A stretch of 64,000 nucleotides of DNA from the NCBI GenBank assembly GCA_017517605.1, contig JAFWYQ010000086.1:13114-77113 (forward strand). Reading direction: 5' to 3'. The stretch is from Bacteroidaceae bacterium. GTDB lineage: Bacteria; Bacteroidota; Bacteroidia; Bacteroidales; Bacteroidaceae. Both the position numbers and the translations under genes were made by a program. Positions 38,506-46,258 of the stretch are shown here, piece by piece. Under the pieces are notes generated by a model that had not been told where the DNA came from, did no database searches, and saw only the letters and a program-made list of their open reading frames with translations. The stretch's first letter is position 1, and every line of letters begins with the position of its first letter.

Positions 38506-39966
38506 ATGGAAAAGAAAAGACTGACCGCAGCCAACGGGCGTCCCGTGGCAGACAATCAAAACATCCAGACAGTAGGTCCGCGTGGGCCTGTCACCCTGCA
38601 AGACCCTTGGTTCTTGGAAAAACTGGCGCACTTCGACCGCGAGGTGATTCCCGAACGGCGTATGCACGCCAAAGGTTCGGGAGCATACGGCACCTTTACG
38701 GTGACGCATGACATCACGCGCTACACCCGTGCCTCTATCTTCAGCGAGGTGGGCAAGCAGACGGAGTGCTTCGTGCGCTTCTCCACCGTAGCAGGCGAGC
38801 GTGGGGCTGCCGATGCCGAGCGTGACATCCGTGGCTTTGCCATGAAGTTCTATACCGAGACGGGCAATTGGGACTTGGTGGGCAACAACACGCCCGTCTT
38901 CTTCCTGCGCGACCCATTGAAGTTTCCCGACCTGAACCATGCCATCAAGCGCGACCCGCGTACCAACATGCGCAGTGCGTCCAACAACTGGGATTTCTGG
39001 ACCTCCCTGCCCGAAGCACTGCATCAGGTGACCATCACCATGAGTCCGCGCGGCATTCCCCGTTCGTACCGTCACATGCACGGATTCGGTAGCCATACCT
39101 ACAGCTTTATCAATCGCGACAATGTACGCACTTGGGTGAAGTTCCACCTGCGCACCTTGCAGGGCATTGAGTGCCTGACCGACGAGGAGGCCGAGGCCAT
39201 CATTGCCAAAGACCGCGAGTCGCACCAGCGCGACCTCTATGAGAGCATCGAGCGTGGCGACTATCCCCGTTGGCTCTTCCAGGTGCAACTGATGACCGAG
39301 GAGCAGGCCGACCATTACCGCATCAATCCCTTTGACCTGACGAAGGTGTGGCCACACGGCGACTTCCCCCTGCACGATGTAGGCATCCTGGAGCTGAACC
39401 GCAATCCCGAAAACTATTTTGCCGAAGTGGAGCAGGCGGCTTTCAATCCCATCAACACCATCGATGGCATTGGTTTCTCGCCCGACAAGATGTTGCAAGG
39501 CCGTCTCTTCTCCTACGGCGATGCCCAGCGTTATCGGCTCGGTGTCAACCTGGAACAGATTCCCGTGAACCGTCCGCGTTGTCCCTTCCATGCCTACCAT
39601 CGCGACGGTGCCATGCGGGTGGATGGCAACTACGGAAGCACCATCGGCTACGAGCCGAACAGTTTTGGCGAGTGGAAGGACAGTCCCGAGATGAAAGAGC
39701 CGCCCTTGAAGGTCAGTGGCGCGGTGTACAACTACAACGAGCGCGAGTACGACGACGATTATTACAGCCAACCCGGCGACCTTTTCCGCCTGATGCCGCC
39801 CGAGGAGCAACAACTCCTGTTCGAGAATACCGCCCGTGCCATGGGCGATGCCCACCTCTTCATCAAGCAACGCCACGTGCGCAATTGCCATCGGGCCGAC
39901 CCCCGCTATGGCGAAGGCGTGGCACGTGCTTTGGACATCGACTTGGTGGAGGCGTTGAAGGAATGA
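38506..39966 (+). CDS. katA: Monofunctional heme catalase (small subunit)
   Basis: [15 protein letters not shown] active site, RLFSYGDAQ heme-ligand motif, VGNNTPVFF. Confidence 0.96.
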   Translation: MEKKRLTAANGRPVADNQNIQTVGPRGPVTLQDPWFLEKLAHFDREVIPERRMHAKGSGAYGTFTVTHDITRYTRASIFSEVGKQTECFVRFSTVAGERGAADAERDIRGFAMKFYTETGNWDLVGNNTPVFFLRDPLKFPDLNHAIKRDPRTNMRSASNNWDFWTSLPEALHQVTITMSPRGIPRSYRHMHGFGSHTYSFINRDNVRTWVKFHLRTLQGIECLTDEEAEAIIAKDRESHQRDLYESIERGDYPRWLFQVQLMTEEQADHYRINPFDLTKVWPHGDFPLHDVGILELNRNPENYFAEVEQAAFNPINTIDGIGFSPDKMLQGRLFSYGDAQRYRLGVNLEQIPVNRPRCPFHAYHRDGAMRVDGNYGSTIGYEPNSFGEWKDSPEMKEPPLKVSGAVYNYNEREYDDDYYSQPGDLFRLMPPEEQQLLFENTARAMGDAHLFIKQRHVRNCHRADPRYGEGVARALDIDLVEALKE

Positions 39967-40004
39967 AGAGAATTTTAGGACTGTGTCAAAATACTTGTTT
40001 TGCT

Positions 40005-40099
40005 TAGAACACAGAGACACAGAGTCACAGAAGGGTACTTTTTGTTTGAGAATCAAAAAATATAGAAAAGTCTCTGTGTCTCCGTGTCTCTGTGTTCTA
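40005..40099. repeat. MITE/REP-like inverted repeat, family A
   Basis: TAGAACACAGAGACACAGAGTCACAGA ... TCTGTGTCTCCGTGTCTCTGTGTTCTA. Confidence 0.85.
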
Positions 40100-40131
40100 T
40101 AAGAAGTTAATTATGATGCCCTTAAATAATC

Positions 40132-41097
40132 TTATTTCTTCTTTCCAAACAATCTGAATCGTATCTGGCTCTTCACCGTCAGTTGGTGGTCAAAGTTATG
40201 GCGGAAAGGTTTCTCCCAAGCACGGTGGGCAGCATATTCCACACCAAAAGAAAATTCTGGGAAGATACGGAAATGAGCCTTTACTTTCAATCCGGCTGAC
40301 CAATGGCGGAAGGTGAAATCCTTGTCCCATGGAGTTTGAATATATGGATTTGGCACATAAATGCAGTCGTCTATTTCTGGGGAATATTCATGAAACAAAG
40401 CGTGCTCGTCCACCCAATGGCTCCATCGTTTCCATGCCATGGTAGGGCCAGCACTCAGTGTCAGGCGCTTGATATTCCACGAATGTAAAAGGTCTATTTG
40501 ATGGACAGTACTGTTTTCTCCCATACTTCCCCCACAGCCTATTCCATCAGTGGTTCCACCACCCGACCATCCCAATGACACCATACGGTTGTCGCGATAG
40601 GCATACTCAAAACCTACTCCCAATCCCATAAGGAAAGTTGCTCCACCCGTTTCTGCATAAGTGTCGGCTTGTGGCACATACGTCCAGTGGTGGGTGTAAG
40701 CATTGCCGAATATCAAAAGGTTGAAGTTCCCCTTATAGATGTTGTAGTCCGAAGGTTTCTTTTCTTTCACGGGCTTCTTCACCACCGTTGTGTCCGGCTG
40801 GTAGTGCATATACTTCTCTTTGTTTTTCGACAAGAACCACAGAGCCGGCCGGTTGCGGTTGCGCAAGGCTCGTTCCTTTATGGTCATTCGTGTCTCTGCG
40901 CTGTCCGGCTGGTAGTGCATATACTTCTCTTTGTTTTTCGACAAGAACCACAGAGCCGGCCGGTTGCGGTTGAGTGCAGCCCGTTCCTTCATGGTCATCT
41001 GTGCCTCTGCGGCAATCGGAAGCAGGCAGAACAGTCCTAATACAAGGCAAACCCTGCCGATAACGTTCCTCTGCAAAATTCTCTTCAATGCTTTCAT
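40132..41097 (-). CDS. Hypothetical exported / outer-membrane beta-strand protein with N-terminal tandem duplication
   Basis: Signal peptide, two 37-aa repeats, then amphipathic beta strands (GLGVGFEYAY, LTLSAGP, FSFGVEY, QIRFRLF). Confidence 0.75.
   Translation of the reverse strand: MKALKRILQRNVIGRVCLVLGLFCLLPIAAEAQMTMKERAALNRNRPALWFLSKNKEKYMHYQPDSAETRMTIKERALRNRNRPALWFLSKNKEKYMHYQPDTTVVKKPVKEKKPSDYNIYKGNFNLLIFGNAYTHHWTYVPQADTYAETGGATFLMGLGVGFEYAYRDNRMVSLGWSGGGTTDGIGCGGSMGENSTVHQIDLLHSWNIKRLTLSAGPTMAWKRWSHWVDEHALFHEYSPEIDDCIYVPNPYIQTPWDKDFTFRHWSAGLKVKAHFRIFPEFSFGVEYAAHRAWEKPFRHNFDHQLTVKSQIRFRLFGKKK
40791..40998. repeat. 111-bp-period intragenic tandem duplication
   Basis: TGTCCGGCTGGTAGTGCATATACTTCTC... 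at 40791 and 40902. Confidence 0.92.
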
Positions 41098-41272
41098 GGT
41101 CGTATCGTTTGGTAATCCGCCACAAATGTAGGCAATAATATCTTGTTGGCAAAAGATTTATGTGGGAATCTTTGTGCTTTAACAATTGGTTTCAGGAATA
41201 CAATACAGAACTTTGCGGTATGATAAGTTTTCCGAATGGTGGTAAATCCGAACAAGACTTAACAGACCTCCT

Positions 41273-41360
41273 AGTACCAGCGCAGAAGTACTGGAGTACT
41301 GCCGAAGGAGTACCGTAGTACTTGCGTGGTAGTACTGCAGTACTTGTTAAGAAGTACTGG
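41273..41360. repeat. 22-bp-period palindromic repeat (AGTACTnnAGTACT)
   Basis: Units at 41287, 41309, 41331, 41353. Confidence 0.85.
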
Positions 41361-41590
41361 CTTTAGACTAAAGCGTGGCTGATTTTCCGTTGTATTCTAC
41401 GGCATCAATCGAAAAAGGCAAATGTACGTCATTCCAGTTATATTGCCAAATTTATTAACACTATTATGTATATCCGAATCCAGCCTCTAGATTCTTGGTA
41501 CAATAGTTCAGTGAACTGATCGGATTTGCATAGGAATTTCTCCGTTTGCCTTTACCTAAACTTCCATTAGGGGATAGGAAGATGTTGACG

Positions 41591-41655
41591 GTGTAGTGCC
41601 GCATTACACTATACCGTAGTGCGGCACTACACTATGGTGTAATGCGGCACTACGG
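41591..41655. repeat. 23-bp-period palindromic repeat (GTAGTGCnGCACTAC)
   Basis: Units at 41593, 41616, 41639. Confidence 0.85.
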
Positions 41656-41753
41656 TATATATTTTCTGCGATAAAGGTGCGGAAGAATAGCAGAACATCG
41701 GTGGGAGTTTTGCGAAGGTCCGGCAGATGTTCAGGGGACGTCACTCATGACAA

Positions 41754-41816
41754 TTAGCCAATTTGGCGAAAAACCGTTAGTCAATTTGGCGGGAATCCAT
41801 TAGTCAGTTTGGCGAA
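41754..41816. repeat. 23-bp-period repeat (TTAGyCArTTTGGCG)
   Basis: Units at 41754, 41777, 41800. Confidence 0.8.
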
Positions 41817-41830
41817 CTCTTTACCTGTCC

Positions 41831-42211
41831 TTACATCGAAACAATCAGGTGGAGAGGGAAGCCTTCTTGGGTGAGGCTTTCGCCTAAGGAGGTGTCGATG
41901 GTGTCTTTGTGGAGGTGTGAGGATAGGAGAAGGGTGGATTTCTCTTCCCACGGGCGAGGCATGGCTATGCCAATGCAGAGGCCTGTCAGACAGGCGGCTA
42001 CCAGCCACCAGGGGGAGATGCCAGTGCGCTTCTTAGGCGGGAGGGGGATTGTCCGTGGAGTCTCTTTCTCTCTTATGCGCTCCATCAGGGAGTCAAAGGG
42101 TGGGGGAGTGCATTGGGTGTTTTCTTCGTTGCTCATTGTCTGTACTTCCTTCAAGAGGTGGCGGATGCCGGCACTCTCTTCCAGTTTGTTCAATTCATTG
42201 TCGTTTATCAT
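41831..42211 (-). CDS. Putative single-TM anti-sigma factor
   Basis: 126 aa directly downstream of the ECF sigma; cytoplasmic N-terminus, TM WWLVAACLTGLCIGIAMP, short periplasmic tail. Confidence 0.65.
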   Translation of the reverse strand: MINDNELNKLEESAGIRHLLKEVQTMSNEENTQCTPPPFDSLMERIREKETPRTIPLPPKKRTGISPWWLVAACLTGLCIGIAMPRPWEEKSTLLLSSHLHKDTIDTSLGESLTQEGFPLHLIVSM

Positions 42212-42241
42212 ATCTTCTATGGTTTTTAGGGATGATGGGAT

Positions 42242-42796
42242 TCATTTGAATGGTTTCATCGCTTCCTGCACTTTCAGCAGGGCGTAGTGCAGGCGCGACT
42301 TGATGGTTCCTTCGGGCACTTGCAGGATGTGGGCGATTTCCTTTATGGGGAGTTCCTCCTGATAGCGTAATGTGAAGGCCGTGCGTTGCTCCGCAGGTAG
42401 GGTGGCGATGGCTCTCCGCAGATGCTCGTACATCAGCTCTGTGTTAAGGTGGCCTTCCCCTTGGGATGAGGCAGGCTCATCCCTGAGCTGATGTTCGGCC
42501 TTGTATGCTTCCACCACCTCTTGGTGGCGGTACTCGTTTTTGCAGAGGTTGTAAGCCATGCTGTAGAGCCACGTTGTGAAGGGGCTTTTCCCTTCGTTGA
42601 AGCGCGGACTCTGTTCGTACACCTTTATGAAGAGTTCTTGGGTGAAGTCCTTCGCCTTTTCCTCGTCGTAGGCCAGCATACGGAGGAAGAAACCCTGCAA
42701 CCGTCGGGCATGGCGTTCGTACAGTTGGCGGAAAGCCTCCTGATTGCCTTGCCCGATGAGTTGCATCAGTTGTTCGTCGGTGTTATTTCCCTTCAT
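42242..42796 (-). CDS. ECF-type RNA polymerase sigma-70 factor
   Basis: DFTQELFIK, FTTWLYSMAYN (region 2); IAHILQVPEGTIKSRLHYA (region 4). Confidence 0.95.
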   Translation of the reverse strand: MKGNNTDEQLMQLIGQGNQEAFRQLYERHARRLQGFFLRMLAYDEEKAKDFTQELFIKVYEQSPRFNEGKSPFTTWLYSMAYNLCKNEYRHQEVVEAYKAEHQLRDEPASSQGEGHLNTELMYEHLRRAIATLPAEQRTAFTLRYQEELPIKEIAHILQVPEGTIKSRLHYALLKVQEAMKPFK

Positions 42797-43982
42797 ACGC
42801 TTCGTTGATGAAGTTTATATACCCTTCCCGTCTTTCGGGAGTCAGTTCTACATTGTCTATCACCTTTTCCAGTAGTTGGTACAACTCTTTCAGTCGTGCC
42901 TCGTCACCTGCTTCGCGATAGTGCTTGAGCAGTGATTGGAATACCACTACGTAATTCAGCTTCAACCCGTCGGCCGAAGTCGTATAGCGTTCGGGAGAGA
43001 ATGATTCCTGCAGATAGTCAAGCAGATACCTTTTCTCGTAATTCCGTCTTTTGATGGAGATGTTGTCGTACGGCTTGGCCGAATAGCGCATCACAAGCCC
43101 TTCGGAATAAAGGCTGTCCTTTAATTCTTCTTTAGGGAAGGCATTATTTATTGAGAAATAGACGGGGTGTTTGCTATGTTGGATAATATGGCGAATCATT
43201 CCCTTTTCATCTTTGTCTGTAGGAGCTAGCTCGAGGGGAATCCCGATTTTTTTGAATATGGTTTCCCGATAATTATCGAGATACAGTAAAGATAATGCAA
43301 CAACATGAACGTTGGTAAACAATCCTTTTCCTTTTTGAATGAGCAGTTTGGAATAAATAGGCACATCGCCGTTCGCAAGCAGGATACTACCAGGTTCCAA
43401 TCCGGCCAATTCGTTATAGGCATAGTTGAGCAATGCGGGTGAATATTCACCGCTTTCGTACATCTTTTGGCAAAGTCTGGTCAGTTCCTTCTCCATATTT
43501 TCCCTTAGCATAAAAGCGGCATATTCGGGGAAGAATCGCAATTCGTCTGGTTTTTTGGCGATGGCTCGCATCATGCCTGCTTTGTATTTGTCATTCCATC
43601 CGCTTTGGAAGTATTTCAGCATATTTGGCGTGTGTGTGTCGGGGATGTTCTTTTCCATATTGGCAATGATTCCGTTCAGAAAATTCATGGCATCCTTTGT
43701 GGCGCGTTTGTTGTAGTAGGGACTTGAGTTGAACCATGTCAACTGATATTTACTTGCCAGATAATAGTTCAGCCATGCATTCTCATTCTTGGGATTCTTC
43801 TTGATTTCTTTGGCCCATCCTTCCGCTTGTCGGGCGTACCATACGGAGTCGTATTCTACTTTGGTGGGCGAAACGATGTTTTCTAGTTCCACCTTTTGTG
43901 TTGCGTTGCGGTTTGTTGCCCATGCTATGTTCCCGGTCAGCAATCCTATGCCGAGGAGGATTCCGATAGTCTGATGTTTCAT
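42783..43982 (-). CDS. Exported protein: TPR-like N-terminus plus a domain resembling the DUF2723/TMEM260 soluble region
   Basis: Signal peptide; KKNPKNENAWLNYY; AYNELAGLEPGSILLANGD...VHVVALSLL...HPVYFS...LYSEGLVMRY; overlaps the sigma start. Confidence 0.7.
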   Translation of the reverse strand: MKHQTIGILLGIGLLTGNIAWATNRNATQKVELENIVSPTKVEYDSVWYARQAEGWAKEIKKNPKNENAWLNYYLASKYQLTWFNSSPYYNKRATKDAMNFLNGIIANMEKNIPDTHTPNMLKYFQSGWNDKYKAGMMRAIAKKPDELRFFPEYAAFMLRENMEKELTRLCQKMYESGEYSPALLNYAYNELAGLEPGSILLANGDVPIYSKLLIQKGKGLFTNVHVVALSLLYLDNYRETIFKKIGIPLELAPTDKDEKGMIRHIIQHSKHPVYFSINNAFPKEELKDSLYSEGLVMRYSAKPYDNISIKRRNYEKRYLLDYLQESFSPERYTTSADGLKLNYVVVFQSLLKHYREAGDEARLKELYQLLEKVIDNVELTPERREGYINFINEAYEGK

Positions 43983-44203
43983 TTCTTTCTCTGATTCTTT
44001 TTGTTAATAGACAGGTTGTTTTCAGAACGTTCTGTCATTGCATACACCCATCTCGGCCATTCGTTCAATGGAGAATGCAAAAATAATATAGCAAGGCGTA
44101 AATAACCTCTTTCTACTGGAATAAAATTGAAAAGATACAATTTTTTCTTTCGTAGTGGGAAAGAATACATTATCTTTGCAACCACTTATATAGTAATTGC
44201 AAA

Positions 44204-46084
44204 ATGACGATGAAACACTACAAATCTATCCGTATGCTGATGGCCGCAATGGTATTTCCATGTGTCGCCTCGGCGCAACTGAACGACAGTATTCTGTTGG
44301 ACAACATAGTAGTCACCGGCACGCGGCACGAGACTGATGTGCGCCACTTGCCCATGACGGTGACCACCCTTTCGCATGACAAACTGACGGAGCAACACCG
44401 CTCGTCCATCCTGCCTACACTGAACGAACAGGTGCCGGGGCTCTTTACGACCAGTCGGGGTGTGTTGGGCTATGGTGTGTCAAACGGTGCGGCCGGAGCT
44501 TTTACCTTGCGCGGAGTGGGAGGGAGCAGTCCCAATGCCGGTGTGTTGGTGCTGATTGACGGTATGCCCCAGTATGCGGGTCTCTATGGCCACTCCATTG
44601 CTGATGCTTACCAGACGATGCTGGCCGAGCGTGTAGAGGTCCTTCGCGGACCGGCCTCGGCCCTGTATGGCTCCAATGCTATGGGAGGTGTGGTGAACAT
44701 CGTCACCCGACAGATGAAGGAGGACGGCGCGAAGAGCCACATCCGCCTTTCCGCCGGTTCCTACGGCACGGTGCAGGGCGAACTGACCCAGCGCATCCGC
44801 AAGGGCAAATTCTCGTCCATCATCGGGTTGAACTATGGACGCACCGACGGACACCGCCCCGACAACACCTTTGAACAGTATGCCGGATTCCTCAAGTTGG
44901 GATACGACCTCAGCGAACATTGGCAAGCTATGGGCGATGTGAATATCACCTACTTTGATGCCGAGAATCCCGGTGAAGTGAGCAGTCCGCTCATCGACAA
45001 CGACCAGCAGGTGACGCGCGGCATGGCCTCCGTGGCGTTGACCAACCGCTATGGAAACAGTTCGGGAGCCATCCGTGCCTACTACAACTGGGGACACCAC
45101 GAGGTGAACGACGGATACAATGCCGGAGGTTCGCCACGCACCACCCTCTATATGCACGACGACCTGATGGCGGGCGTGTCGCTCTATCAGAGTTTCTCGC
45201 TCTTCACAGGAAACCGCACGACGGTAGGGGCCGACTGGATGCACTTTGGCGGACATGCCTGGAATGAAGACCGTCTCTCCCATGCCGAAACGCTGATTGC
45301 CGACAAGACGGAGGATGAGCTGGCCGGTTACATTGATGTGCAACAACGCCTGACCGACTGGCTCTCGCTCAATGCCGGATTGCGCGTTGACCACCACACA
45401 CAGGTGGGCACTGAGTTGGTGCCGCAGGGCGGACTGGCTTTCAGCTTGCCTCATGAGATAGAGCTGAAGGCGATGGTGAGCAAGGGATTCCGTAACCCCA
45501 CCATGCGTGAAATGTATATGTTCCCCCCACAGAACCCCGACTTGAAGCCCGAGCGTACCCTCAATTATGAAATCGGATACAAACAGGCACTTCTCGACGG
45601 TGACCTCCGCGTGGGAGCCAACCTCTTCTATATTACGGGCGAGAACCTCATCATGCTTGTCCGTGAGGGTGGAAAGCCCCTGAACACCAATATCGATGAG
45701 GTGGAGAACTATGGCCTTGAACTGTCGGGCGACTATCGTTTGTCATCCCACTGGAACCTGAATGCCAACTATAGCCTGCTCCACATGGAGCATCCCGTCA
45801 TTGCAGCCCCCGAACACAAGGCATACGTAGGAGTGCATACCCACTACGGACCTTTCAGCCTCACTACAGGCTTGCAGTACGTGGGTGGCCTATATACGGC
45901 TGTGGGAGCCAATGAGGATACGGAAGACTTCGTCTTGTGGAACCTTACTGCCAACTATCGTCTCAGTCCCATCGTCACTCTCTTTGCCAAGGGCGAGAAC
46001 CTGTTGGGGCAGCGTTATGAAATCAATTATGGTTTTCCCATGCCTAAAGCAACCTTTATGGGTGGTGTGAGTCTGGAGTGGTGA
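44204..46084 (+). CDS. TonB-dependent receptor (BtuB/CirA-like, not SusC)
   Basis: NIVVTGTR TonB-box region, LVLIDG, RVEVLRGPASALYGSNAMGGVVNIVT plug motif, C-terminal W; -7 element TATCTTTG at 44171. Confidence 0.93.
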   Translation: MTMKHYKSIRMLMAAMVFPCVASAQLNDSILLDNIVVTGTRHETDVRHLPMTVTTLSHDKLTEQHRSSILPTLNEQVPGLFTTSRGVLGYGVSNGAAGAFTLRGVGGSSPNAGVLVLIDGMPQYAGLYGHSIADAYQTMLAERVEVLRGPASALYGSNAMGGVVNIVTRQMKEDGAKSHIRLSAGSYGTVQGELTQRIRKGKFSSIIGLNYGRTDGHRPDNTFEQYAGFLKLGYDLSEHWQAMGDVNITYFDAENPGEVSSPLIDNDQQVTRGMASVALTNRYGNSSGAIRAYYNWGHHEVNDGYNAGGSPRTTLYMHDDLMAGVSLYQSFSLFTGNRTTVGADWMHFGGHAWNEDRLSHAETLIADKTEDELAGYIDVQQRLTDWLSLNAGLRVDHHTQVGTELVPQGGLAFSLPHEIELKAMVSKGFRNPTMREMYMFPPQNPDLKPERTLNYEIGYKQALLDGDLRVGANLFYITGENLIMLVREGGKPLNTNIDEVENYGLELSGDYRLSSHWNLNANYSLLHMEHPVIAAPEHKAYVGVHTHYGPFSLTTGLQYVGGLYTAVGANEDTEDFVLWNLTANYRLSPIVTLFAKGENLLGQRYEINYGFPMPKATFMGGVSLEW

Positions 46085-46151
46085 CACCCCTCCTCAATCC
46101 CCCAAAAGGGAGAGGCTCAAAAAGTAAACATTCTTAGTCGAAGTTTTTCTA

Positions 46152-46233
46152 TAGAACACAGCGACACGGAGTCACAGGCTTTTCTTTCAGATACTGATGA
46201 AAAGACTCTGTGACTCCGTGTCGCTGTGTTCTA
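46152..46233. repeat. MITE/REP-like inverted repeat, family A
   Basis: TAGAACACAGCGACACGGAGTCACAG ... CTGTGACTCCGTGTCGCTGTGTTCTA, perfect 26-bp arms. Confidence 0.88.
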
Positions 46234-46258
46234 AACTAAAAGTTATGTATGGACCTTA

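Noticed and set aside
36895-40056. 1053-aa ORF suggesting an esterase fused to a large N-terminal domain
   Set aside because: The extension is the antisense shadow of catalase. The real esterase starts at 38370 with a signal peptide and its own -7 element.
43983-44203. Cobalamin or TPP riboswitch upstream of the TonB-dependent receptor
   Set aside because: The -7 element at 44171 leaves a UTR of only about 20 nt, and no B12-box or TPP core is visible.
44204-46084. SusC of a polysaccharide utilization locus
   Set aside because: Only 626 aa, with no N-terminal CarboxypepD-like extension and no susD downstream.
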